A stretch of DNA of 64,000 bases from Nageia nagi (Eukaryota; Plantae; Pinophyta): contig JBITNC010000002.1 in NCBI GenBank assembly GCA_050084985.1, forward strand, positions 6,324,001-6,388,000. Direction: 5' to 3'. Positions 1 to 11,629 of this stretch are shown here, in pieces. The translations under genes and the position numbers were made by a program. The notes under the pieces are model-generated. The model searched no databases and was not told the origin of the DNA. It was given only the letters and a program-made list of their open reading frames with translations. Each line of letters starts with the position of its first letter. The stretch's first letter is position 1.

Positions 1-431
1 CTCTTGATGCACAAGCCCTATAAGCTCTCCATGATCATCAATTCAAAGGTTATTTCTTGAAGAAGATATTGCTACAATAATATGCGAAGTTGAAAGTCAT
101 TTTATGCCAAAAATAGAGAGTTTCAAGCTAAACTGGGGCAACCTAACCCTAGAGCCGGAGTCTTGAGATCATCCAACACCCTCCACAACTTTCGGTGCTA
201 CAAAATTCTCAACGAAAATGATTGCCATTGGTCTTGTCATCATCTTGTAGGATAGCCATCATTCCTATTTTTGAGGATTTTCAATCCCTAGAAAGTTCCA
301 ATGGCTTATGGCTTTAGTTTTTAGGTATGTTGTGACATCAATTTGCTTGTTTTAGGTACCGAATGCATGTTTTGAGTCATTTCTATATTTTATTTTTGGT
401 TTTGGTCCAGTAGCATACAAGATTTTTAGCT

Positions 432-870
432 TTAAGTTCCCACAAAGTTATTGCTGAAGAGGATAAGGGTTTTTAGCTTTCCTTGCTTGCATAGACCTGA
501 CGGAATGGCATCATTCAATTGATTTTCTGCAACATCCAACATTTTCAAGGCTGAATTATTCCCTAAATTCTGAGGAAGGTTATCAGATAATCTGTTTGTG
601 AAGAGCTTTAACTCTGAAATATTTGGGGTGTTTGCAAGTACCTCGGGTATAAACCCTTCGAAACTAGTTTGGAACAAATTTAGAGATTCCAGCGGTAGGC
701 TTGCAAGGCTCTCAGGAATAGATCCACTAAGGTTATTTATGGAAGCATCAATTTTTTTGAGCAAAAACATATCATACATGTTAAGAGGAATCGAGCTTGC
801 TAAATTGTTGTCATAGAGCTCAATCTATACTGCACTTTTCAGCTTCGTTATGTTCTCTGGAATTGATTTG
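432..870 (-). pseudogene. LRR receptor-like kinase fragment (HAESA/HSL-like, LRR-XI), LRR region only
   Basis: Reads KSIPENITKLKSAV*IELYDNNLASSIPLNMYDMFLLKKIDASINNLSGSIPESLASLPLESLNLFQ...LGNNSALKMLDVAENQL...IPSGLCKQGKL. This resembles the HSL1 stretch VQIELYNN...LDASMNQLTGKIP...LESLNLYEN. In-frame TAG where Q is expected; no signal peptide, TM or kinase seen. Confidence 0.8.
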
Positions 871-1491
871 CACCACAATTCCATTAACTGGTTATCAAAT
901 TCCGTTGGCAGCAATTGGGACTAGTATGAGAATCTCATACCTTGGTTTCCTTAAACTCTACAGAACTTCTTGTGTGAACTGTCAAATATAATTAATTATT
1001 GCTAGAAAATTTCAAATCTGCCAAAAGTTTTGTCATGTCGTAATAAAATGGTTGGCTTTTTAATGGCATGAAATTTTAAAAATGGGAGATGATGAATTCT
1101 TTCCTGTTTTCCAGATGCAAATGTCAAGAAACGATGCATTGATAAAATGGATTTGCTTAGTTTTGAATAGAAAACATTGGACCTTTGGCCATACTTGAAA
1201 ATTTAAGTTATTATTTTTGCAGTAAAATTGAGAGCTGATTCTGTCAAAGTTAATCAGTCATGTAAGGCAGTGATCAGGAACAACATTATTTACAACATCC
1301 ATTAGCATAGCAGGAAGTAAAAGGACACTTAGAGAATGGCTTGGGTAAAAAAGATTTTCCTGCTTTCAAATGACATAGCAAAGGCACCCATTAACTCTTG
1401 AAACTTTACATCCTGGCATTCTAATTCTTAGGCCTCTTGGGCCTGAACTCAGCACTAGATATAACTAATCACACATGAGAAAAGATCTTTT

Positions 1492-2677
1492 TGTGATATC
1501 CCTTTTGGATAATTGTAATTAATTGTGGGGTTCGAAAGGTTCCTCTTTGTAATATACTTTATTCATGTATTTACACTTCATAATTGTAACTTAGGATAGG
1601 AGACTTAATGGGTCAATGGAACCCACTGTGAGCTCCAAGTGGGACATCTCCCTCCTAAGTGGTAGACTAGGCATTATTGTATTGGAGATCCCAAATTGTG
1701 GGAATCCCAAGGTATATTTATGCACTAGAGTTATGGATGGCCACTAGCATGCTAGCGCCACATTGGGGAGGGCCCCATACCCCCACGTTGGCATTATGAG
1801 TGATCATGACCACCACGTTAGCACTTTAAGTGATTAGGCCCTCCAAATACCCAATGTTGGATTAGATGGGCCTGGGATGACTCCTAGGTGAGATCTGGAC
1901 ACAAGTAATGTATAAATAGACATTGGAGCTTCATTACTGGGCAATCATTATTGATCATTACTTCTATTATAGTCCTTTGGACACAAAGTCTTAGTGGTGC
2001 TAAGCATTCCGTTACTAGGCAAAGCATCTAGAGGGTAGTCAGGCATTGGGATCCTGATTATCTATGGCATTGTTGGAGCACCTTTGCCCATCCGATGGCA
2101 TTCCGAGGGTTTACTTCCACCATTCAATCGGTCAACCAGAGTTCAAGGAGGGCTCCTTTAATGGAGAGGATTCGAGGTCTGAGGAGGTGAATCCCGTGGT
2201 TCCACAGTTGTCTAGCATTCGAGATATTGGATTGTTGTGCCCTAGTTGGCTCCTTGGAGGCCAACAACTACCCATTGGGCTTGGTATTGTATTGCATCCA
2301 TTGTATATCATTTATATACAGCCAGAGGGTTTTGGATCTCATTATTGTGTTGTATTGTCTCATACTTGTGCACGCGTTGGATCTCATTGATTGTATGTAC
2401 TTGTATTTATCATTTGATAGCACTTTAATGTATTATGGTTTGGATTATGCATGTATGTGCCAAATGTTGGCATTTTGAGATTGTATTCATTGATGTATGC
2501 TTATATATGCTAGATGTTGGCATTTTGGGCATTTGAATGTGTAATCTTGGTATCCTAACCCTAACATTGCATGATTGAGGGGTTGTTGACTAGCATGTGA
2601 TGCCCTAGACCTGTCGTTGGGGCTTGATGGTCCAGGATTGCTAGTTTGTGGCAGAATTTAAATTTTGGATCATCATA
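1492..2677 (+). mobile_element. Solo LTR (~1.19 kb)
   Basis: Starts TGTGATATCCC and ends GGATCATCATA (CA>TA). Perfect 5-bp TSD CTTTT (1487-1491 / 2678-2682). TATAAATA near 1911. Homologous to 54300-55489 in the opposite orientation. Confidence 0.9.
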
Positions 2678-3102
2678 CTTTTTCTATGTTTTTAATGCCC
2701 TTTTAAATATGTTTTCATCTTTTGACATTATTGGATATGGCCAAAGATGAATCGAGAGCAGCTTCTTGCATCAGAAAAAAGTATCTCATTGATGTTAATA
2801 CTCAATGCCATTCTGATATTTGTTTCCTTTAATATAGGTCCTTGTTGGTCTTAACTAAAATTCTCAAATGGAAAAGCAACTTGATAATTCTGAACTGACG
2901 TTTGGACTTTCCACTGCTTCTCTAGTGGTCCTACAAAAGCTTGCTTTGGATGGACCTTCCCCTAGATCCGTTACCGCAAAATATGGTTTGTATACTCCAT
3001 GTAATGTTTGTGCTGAACAACTAGATGTCAAGCATGTCTTCAATAATTTTCAACTTGATACACTAATTCTGCTTTTGAAAAGCTCATTAAAGAGACATTT
3101 TT

Positions 3103-3475
3103 TTGGATTGAATTCAGACTATTGCCTTACATGTTCTACAGCATGATATTTGTCTAAGCTAAGGACAGCAAATCGCATAAATTGTGGGAGACATAGTCAT
3201 TATATCTTTACAATTGGATATTTGATTAGGTTGACCGAATGCAAATAATACCTCTACTAAAAGGATAATTTTGAGGTTCCACTAAAGAAATTGGTTTGAA
3301 TTCAGACTATCATCTTGCTCTACATTATGTTTTTTCCCACAAGCTACGAACAATAGATTGCATCAATTGTGGAAGACACAATCATGATATTTTTACAATT
3401 GGACATTTGACCAAATTGACTGACTGCAAATAACGCTCCTACTAGAAGGACAATTTTGAGGTGCCAGTAAAGAAA
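3103..3475. repeat. Diverged two-copy tandem duplication (~187-bp unit)
   Basis: TTGG(A/T)TTGAATTCAGACTAT...AATTTTGAGGT..CA.TAAAGAAA occurs at ~3103 and ~3291. Confidence 0.8.
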
Positions 3476-4201
3476 AATATTTAAGTGATGACAACTGTCA
3501 TGTAAATATGACATGTTCAACATGTCAGTGATCGTTAAGATGACTTAGCATGAAGTTGAAAGTTTGGATTGGACTAATATGCCTATGCAACTAAATGATG
3601 ATCAGGCATGTAGAATACCTTCTTCCAGTGACCTCTTGGAAGTAAACTTGCTGCCCATCGAAAAGTTGGTTGCAGCAATCAGCTAGCTAAGAAGGAGATT
3701 AAACTTCTTGTTGATAATTAACTTGTACCTTTATTGGACCAATGTGGATATCTTTTAAGTTGAAGGTTTTCTCCTCTATGAGCTTTAGAAGCTCAGTTTT
3801 CAATCCAACGGTTGACATTTCCATACAACACTGACCAACATTGAGACATTGTCACCCGTTGATTGTCCATGTTTCCATCATGTATCTTGTCAAATAATTC
3901 GTCGACCCTTCAATGTATCCATCTTGTGCATATCTTGCGATCGTTGCATTTCATGAAATTGTGTTAGGAAGCGTTGAGGGAGGTGTTGCAGTAGCGGTGG
4001 ATAATTAGGCTGTTGGGGAAAGTTGTTGAATGCAATGGGGAGGAAGCAGGCGGACAAGAGGCTCCAGTGGCGGTGGAGCGGTATGGTATTTACACCACTG
4101 TTATGTGAGCTTTTGAAGCTCAGTTTGAAATCCTGCACATTAAAATTCACTTTAAACACTGTCCGGGATTGAAATGGCCTATGTTGTCGATTCCAGGATA
4201 C

Positions 4202-4457
4202 ATTGAGAACCCTCGTGATTTTGAAAAACTCTTTGATTTGCTTAGAATCCCTTCGGAATTTTAATGCTTGGTTTTGGAAACCTTCCAAATGATCGATGAG
4301 GGTTTCGTTTTTGCTGAATCCGATGGCTTCTTTCTCCAGATGTATGTCTTGTTCAAACTTAGGGCCAGAAAGGGAGGCTTCGGTTCCATTCTTCGTGGTG
4401 CCACCACCAAAGTTGGGTAGAAAAAAGACCAACAACAACAATGCCTGCCAGGACATG
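4202..4457 (+). pseudogene. SDE2: SDE2 (ubiquitin-fold splicing/replication-stress regulator) N-terminal fragment
   Basis: Reads IENPRDFEKLFDLLRIPSEF*CLVLETFQMIDEGFVFAESDGFFLQMYVLFKLRARKGGFGSILRGATTKVG*, then a +1 shift in an A-run gives KKTNNNNACQDM. This matches the plant SDE2 motif LRGGKGGFGSLLRG...GQKKTNNFDACRDM. Both stops sit where Q is expected. Confidence 0.8.
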
Positions 4458-4938
4458 AAGCTTCTAGGGTCATGGATATGGTCAAGAGCATTGTTAGGGA
4501 TGGGTTTTTGGAGGTTTTGAAGACGTAGAGGAATGGGAAGTGAAAAATGGAGGAGGACGTGAAAGTGAGCATTAGAAGGCATAAATTATGGTATGTTAAT
4601 AGATGTTTGAAATTAATTTGCTAGGGTCTAAGTTTGCTTGGATTTTAAATCTTTTTGGATTTGAATCCCTAGGAGTTTAGTGTTTATTGGGATCGGTCTT
4701 GGTTTTGTCTTACCAAGGGTTTCTTGTTGCCAAGATTTGGTTTTTCTAGGGTTTCGTTTGCCAAGATTGGGTTTTTTCAGGGAATAATTTTGCCAAGATT
4801 TGATGGAGGGTATAATTTTGTTAGAATTTGGTTTTCTAGGATTTCACTTCACAACGTTTGGCTTCTCTAGGATTTAAAATTTTCATTGCACGGATTCTTA
4901 ATGTCTAAATTTACTAGGGTTGTAGTATAGTTTTTCTA

Positions 4939-5024
4939 TTGGAGTTTTTAATTTTGCAGACCCACCAGAATAATATGCAACAGTGTATCCGAAATGCCCT
5001 AGCGTTTCCTAAGTGTCGCCACCC
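4939..5024 (+). repeat. Left arm of ~90-bp inverted repeat (partner 8746-8843)
   Basis: TTGGAGTTTTTAATTTTGCAGACCC...GAAATGCC...TTTCCTAAGTGTCGCCACCC is a diverged reverse complement of 8746-8843. Confidence 0.85.
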
Positions 5025-5164
5025 TTCGAGTTTCCAAAACACTTGCACCCTTCATGTTTTTGAAACGCCGTCGCATTTTTGGAGACGTATTGCCTTTTGT
5101 CAATGTTTTTGATAGTTACAAGTATTTATTATGATGTTTTGATGCATTTTTCTTAGTTGGACAT

Positions 5165-8100
5165 TGTTGCAAGGTCTGTTACTTGTCTAGGATGATGGGA
5201 GAGTGGTCTAGAACATGAATGTAACTCCCATTTAGCTAATTTCAAGAGATTCTTAGTGGATTTGTGTAACAGCCCATAGCATTCAGTTTTGGTCAAACTT
5301 GTAACCTCCATCAAGTTAGATTAGTCACTCATTGCGGTCTTATAAATTGTTCTTCGAATTTTCTAATTGAGATATGTTATTGTGTGCTCAATTCTTGTAT
5401 ATTGTTTTATATTGGCATCAGAGCTAGTTGATCTTAGTTCGGTTTGAAGAGGCTGTGGGTACTTTGCAACAACTTAGCAAGTTTTGCAAAAAGTAATCCA
5501 AATAGGCTTGTAGTTTTTTGTTGAGCTTGTTGGAGTGAGTGAGATGGCTTTTGGAGTGAATTCTCTTCCCATACTAGAGTTCATTGGTGAGGATTACGAA
5601 TATTAGCCATTGAAGATGAAGCACTTACTCATAGGCAAGGGAATATGGGACATCATTGAAGATGGCTAAGTGGAACCAGATTGGGCCACACTTCCTCAAG
5701 CTAATAGGCTTGCTAAAAGAGAGGCTCAAAAGAAGAATTATTTTTCTATCTACCATCTCCAATCAACCTTGGACAAGAGGTTTTCCCAAGGATTGCTAGT
5801 TGCAATATGGAAAAGGATGCATGGAAGGTCTTGAAAGATGGGTTCCAAGGCAATGACCAAGTGAAGCAAGTGAGGCTTCAAACTTTGAAAATAAACTTTA
5901 AAAATCTGAAGCAAAAAGAGGATGAGAAAGTTGGAGAGTATTCTGTAAGAGTGAAGACTTGTGTAGGCATGATGGAGACACTTGGAGAGGAGATCACAAA
6001 TTCTATTGTAGTGAAGAAAGTGTTAAGAACAATTCTTCCAAATGGAGCCAAACTGCTATCATGTTTGAAGAGACCAAAGATATGAGCATCCTCACTCTTA
6101 ATCAGCTCATTGGTTCCTTGATGTCACATGAGGAAAGGCTTGCTCCACCTTCCAATGTTGGGAGTGTGGAAGAGAAGGCTTTCACTTCTAGAGAAGGTGA
6201 CACTATCACTAGTGTTCAAGGGGGAGCTCAAGATAGAGGAAGAGGTAGATCTTCTAGAGGAAGAGGAAGGAGAGGTGGCTTTCAAGGTAGATGAGGATTC
6301 CAAGGAAGAGGTAGAGGGGATTCTCCAAGAGGTGACAAAAGAGACAAGCAGTGTTACTACTGTAACAAGTATAGGCACTATGAGAGAGAATGTAGATTGA
6401 AGGCTTCTCAAGAAGGAGAAAGTGCCAACTATGGTGAGGAGGATACATCCTCCATCTTGTTCTTATCTTATGCCCACTCAGCCCAAAAGCAAGATGATGA
6501 ATGGATCCTTGACACCAGCTGCTCCAACCACATGATCGGAAAAGGATATTTGTTTTGTGCCATGGATGACTCCTACAAGTCCCAAATCACACTTGGAAAT
6601 GACAAAGCCATTCAAGTTGAAGGCATGGGAGCTATGGAGGTGTCTACAAATGAATGTAACAAGAAGGTCCATGATGTATATTTCATTCCAAAACTGAAAT
6701 ATAATTTGTTGAGTGTGGGGCAAATGATGGAAAAGAACTACAAGCTTATGTTTGAGGATATAAAATGTATGATTTATGATAAAAATAAAGGGCATAAACA
6801 TGTCACCATTGTTGCCATGACAAAGAATAGATTGTTTCCTCTTAAATTTGGTTAGCAAAGTTCCAATTTTGCTAATGTTGCTATTGATGACAAGAGTTGG
6901 CTTTGGCATTTGAGATATGGGCACCTCAACTTTGCAAGTTTGAATAGCTTGGTCTCCAATGAGATGGTGTATGGGTTGCCCAAGGTCCAAGATCATAAAG
7001 AAGTGTGTGTCGGATGTGCTATGTGCAAGCGTTCAAGATCAAGCTTCCCAAAAAGTCAAGTATGGAGATCCTCTTACCCCCTCCAATTGGTGCATAGTGA
7101 CATATGTGGGTTATTTCTTTACCTTCATTGATGACTGTACAAGAATGTGTTGGATTTACTTTCTTAAGCAGAAGGATGAAGCTTTTGCATACTTTAAGGA
7201 GTTCAAGAATAATGTTGAAAAATAGAGTGGCTATTATTTGAAATGTTTAAGAACAGATAGAGGGGGGAATTTTGTATTATGAATTCTTGCAATATTGTAA
7301 AGATTGTGGTGTGAGAAGGCAATTCACTGCTGCCTACACTCCACCACGAAATGGTGTAGTTGAACGTAAGAATAGAAATTTGGCTAATATGGCAAGAAGC
7401 ATGCTCCAAACTAAAAGATTAAGCAATATTTATTGGGTTGAAGCTATTAGGACAGTAGTGTACATTTTAAATAAATGTCCAAGCTCTAGTTTGGATGGCA
7501 TAACTCCTTTTGAGGCATGGTATGATAAAAGACCAAATGTAAATCATTTTAGAGTGTTTGATTGCTTGGGTTATGTGCATGTTCCAAAGGAACATAGAAA
7601 AAAATTAGATCCAAAGAGTGAGCCTTGCATATTTGTTAGTTATTGTGAAGCAAGCAAAGCATATAGATTGTACAATCCCAAAACTCATGAAGTTGTTGTT
7701 TCAAGAGATGTTAGTTTTTATGAAGGGATAGCATGGGGTCATCAAAACAACTTGTTGATGATGGATCCTTTGATGGAAGCTCTTCAAATGTACAATCTCC
7801 TGTTCAGCCCAACCAACAAAATATGTAGCCCAAAGTCTAACAGTCCATAAAAGCCCACATAAGTACAGCCCAAAGATGTTTTAAGTGATGGTGATGCATC
7901 TCTAAACAAGAATGGTAAAGTAAGAGGTAATAGAATGCTTGCAAATCACCCTTCTTCTCAAATGTTAGATTAAAAATTTTCAAAAAAGGTAACAAGAGGA
8001 CAACCAAAAGAAGTAGATCAAGTAATTAAAAGGCTTGAGAATCTCCATTTGTATAGTGATGAGTTGGATGGTGAACCAAAGCTTGAATTGATTAGTTTTG

Positions 8101-8745
8101 CATTGGTAGCTACTGCTGATTTAGAGCCTTCTTATTTTGAAGATGCTTGTACTAATGATGTTTGGATGAAGGCCATGGAAGAGGAGATGCACTCCATTGA
8201 AAAAAATGATACATGGAAGCTAGTTGAGTTTCCAAAAGGGAAAAAGGTTGTTGGCTCTAAATGGGTCTATAAAACAAAGTTTAATGCTGATGGCATCATT
8301 GAGAGGCACAAGGCTAGGCTTGCGGCCAAAGGCTTCACACATAGATATGGCATTGACTATGAGGAGACCTTTGCTCCTATTGCTAGACAAGAAACCATTA
8401 GAATGGGTTGGAAGGTGTAACACTTGGATGTCAAGAGTGCATTCTTGAATGGGTACCTTGATGAAGAAGTGTTTGTTGCTTAGCCCCAAGGTTTTGAAGA
8501 GAAAGGTAAATAACATCATGTTTACAAGCTAAAGAAGGCTTTGTATCACCTCAAGCAAGCCCCACAGGCTTGGTACTCACAAATAGATGGGTATTTCTAG
8601 AATTATGGGTTCACAAGAAGAAAAAGTGAACTAACTCTCCACTATAAGCATGATGTCATTGATATTTTGTTGGTTTGTCTTTATGTTGATGATCTTATTT
8701 ACATAGGTAGCAATTCTAGATTAAATGATGCTTTCAAACACTCTA
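5165..8745 (+). mobile_element. Ty1/copia retrotransposon, 3'-truncated and decayed (5' LTR ~5165-5411, PBS 5413-5424, gag-pol from ATG 5544)
   Basis: tRNA-iMet PBS TGGCATCAGAGC; gag with zinc knuckle (CYYCNKYRHYEREC); protease WILDTSCSNHM; GAG-pre-integrase WHLRYGHLNF; integrase (VHSDICG, NGVVERKNR); RT (KWVYKTK, KARLAAKGF, LYVDDLIY). Many stops and frameshifts; ends in RT with no RNase H or 3' LTR. LTR start is estimated (no second LTR to compare). Confidence 0.92.
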
Positions 8746-8843
8746 GGATGGCGACATTTAGGAAGACATTTAGGAAATGCCAAGGCATTTCAGAAACGCA
8801 ACTATGTTTTATTCTAGCGGGTCTGCAAAATTAAAAACTCCAA
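8746..8843 (-). repeat. Right arm of inverted repeat (partner 4939-5024)
   Basis: GGATGGCGACATTTAGGAA...GGGTCTGCAAAATTAAAAACTCCAA abuts the copia RT truncation point. Confidence 0.85.
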
Positions 8844-8901
8844 CATACTCTCCAACAATGTACAATGGTTAACATCTGAAGATTATCAAATACCATCATA
8901 T

Positions 8902-9129
8902 TGTAAGGAGCTTTCGACCAATAGAGATAGTATTGTATAGTTGGTTGATCAGACATTAATTAGATAGATTAGAGTAGGGTAGTACTAGTTGAAAGGAACG
9001 TGTCTCCTATCTATTGTATTTACTTTATAAATACTCGAAGCAAGATAATTAGAAAGGTATTTTCCTGAGTATCTATTCCTGTAATTCTTATTTATAATTT
9101 TATTTTAGTTAATATGATATTTACCTACA
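8902..9129 (+). mobile_element. Possible short solo LTR
   Basis: TGTAAGG...ACCTACA ends with internal TATAAATA; flanks CATAT/CGGAT match only 3/5. Confidence 0.3.
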
Positions 9130-9780
9130 CGGATGAGGTTGTTAGTCAGTTAGCTACTAGCATTATTGTGTGTATGGCTTATGAGTAGGGATTTATGGTA
9201 CAAAATTGGATTGACCCTTAGTGAAAGGTTGGTAAGAGATGTTCAAAAGGTTGGTTGACTAACTATTTTCTCTCTTTAATATGTATTTCATTGACAACTA
9301 ATCGATTATGTGATAATTTCTCATCCTTCCTTGTGCTATGGTATTTAGACTATGCATTATGATAGTTGGAGATGGGATTCATGTGAATTGAAACTATTAG
9401 GTTTGGTTTATCGGATTTTATAATATGTTTTGACCTGTTCCCTATATCTCAATGGTTGTAGTGAGCCCATCATTGTAGATCAGGGCATGCAGGCCTCAGG
9501 TTCATTTTCTCTTTCTTTCTATGCACCCTACACCTTGTATTTTACTTTCAATATATTTCCCTCTCTTCCTAGTAACTTTTAACCTTACAAAAAATGGTTC
9601 ATCTTGTCAAAATGGAGGGCATTCCATGCCTAGTTGGAAATAGGAACCATTTTTTTCAAAATCTTGGAGGTTGGAAGACTTGTCTTCCATCTAATGCTTG
9701 GCTAACAGGGTTTCACTTTGCAATTCAACAATATCTATTAGGGCTTAAAACCTGATAGTTGCATCTAAATAAAAGTCTCT

Positions 9781-9899
9781 ATGGCCTTTTATATAAAATT
9801 CATTTACGTATCCTATAATCATTGGAGTCCATGAAAATATGTTTACATCATGTTTCTTATCAAATAATTCTCAAGCATTGTGTATTATTCCAAAGTTTG
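9781..9899 (-). pseudogene. Isolated PLS-class PPR motif fragment
   Basis: Reads NFGIIHNA*ELFDKKHDVNIFSWTPMIIGY, the same family as the fragments at 26.8 and 45 kb. Confidence 0.7.
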
Positions 9900-11629
9900 A
9901 TCCTTTATCTTTCATGTTGATCCTAGTTGTTATGAATCCTATAGGTTCTAAGCAAAAAAATTCATACAATAGGATCAAGTTTATATAGTATTTTGCTTCA
10001 TATATACCTATGTAATGAATTTTGAGGTTATCAAAATTTCTTATGTAAGAATAGATATAACATGAGAAGAAGAATTAGTATTACAAACTATTAAGAATAT
10101 TGAAGAATAAATTACCAAATCTAATAATAGGTTGGGATGAATTTTTTAAGATATTTTATTTGAATCCATGCCTACTTGTAATACAACTACAAGATCATGA
10201 TAATCATGACTAAAAGCTTGGAATAAATTGTTTAATAGGTTTACACCATTTTGGAAGATACACACATATGGTTATATGGTATATCAAATATCCATAGGTT
10301 GCACCCCTATAGAGGTGTGGTAAGGCATTCGTTCGGGTATTGTCAATCTTGGATCAGGATGAGTAAGGTAAGAGATTGAATGGTGATTGGTTAGTTCCAT
10401 TAGACCATCCTCCAAGAGCCTATGGCCAACAGTATGAAATTCAGGGTGAACTAGAGAGGGTGATACCCATGAAGGCATAGTTTTAAAGCATTTTTCCATC
10501 ATTTTTCTATAGAAAACATGATGAAAGAATGCTTCTAGACTACATATATTTTTTTAAGTAATTATTCTAAGTTGATTTTCAACTGCCTCCTTAGTAATTA
10601 AGGGTACTTTTATAATTACCACCATATTATTAGAGGAGATGGTTTATAATTACCACCTTAGAATTTTAGGGGGGCAGTTAATAATCACTTATTAACTCGC
10701 CTCCTTAGAACTTAGGGTGGTAATTTATGGAATCATAAGAAGGTGATTATTAATAATCGTCATACGAAATAGACTTTTAGTGTAGGCCTTATAGGAGACA
10801 AGTATATAACCATTAGTAAATATCGTTAGGGTTAATTTTAACTCATCCCCAAAGCCCTTTTTTAGCCTAGTGTAGGGTTTAGACATAGATTATCATGGTA
10901 ACATAGAAAGCTTTTTGTATCGTAAGGTTATTTGATGCATGGTAATTCATAATGTAGATACATTGGTGTATATTTTCTTTTTAAATTATATCTATTATTA
11001 CATACTTACTTTTGTATTTTATATTATGCTTTTTATGCGAGAACACATGTATGCATTGATGAAATCTTATGAACATGTGTGTGGTTGAGATATGATGAAT
11101 AATAGGTGTTAAAGACCATAAAGATTTAAGAATGAAGATGGAGATAGATGTAACTTAAAGAAGATAAAGGATTCACCATTGTTGAAGATTCATTACTAAA
11201 AGAGTGTAGATCATTAGAAAAATATTATTGAAACTTACAATCATTATTCAAAGTTTATATCATGCATAATACCTCTGAAAAATTGTAAATTAAGAAGAAG
11301 AATATGTGTGATAATTAAGGTCACATGGCACATAATAAACTACCTATTATTTATAGTTTGTCTATTTGCTAGTATATTGTGTATTTTATAAGTATATGTC
11401 CTATATTGCATGGTAGGATCTTTTAGTTCTCTCCTTTCCCATATCATCAAGATTAACACTTTCAAGTATTCTTATGGCCCATTTAAGAATTTGTTTTGAT
11501 GATCCAATTTGATATGATGGTGGTACTTAATAGTGGTAACATTTACCTAAAGATAAATTTTTTTCATCAAAACTATTTATTTATAATAAAGGGGTATAAC
11601 ATCATGACTAATGTTCCATTAATATATAA

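Noticed and set aside
2064-2478. Overlapping ORFs of 60-108 aa
   Set aside because: They lie inside a TSD-bounded solo LTR and are not conserved as ORFs in the second copy.
2868-3146. 92-aa ORF or possible exon with AG/GT borders
   Set aside because: No recognisable homology or partner exons.
3890-4582. 230-aa minus-strand ORF, the longest in the track
   Set aside because: No recognisable domain; it is antisense to the SDE2 relic on the plus strand.
10535-10785. CACTA element suggested by TAGTG and sub-repeats
   Set aside because: No matching 5' CACTA terminus or 3-bp TSD found.
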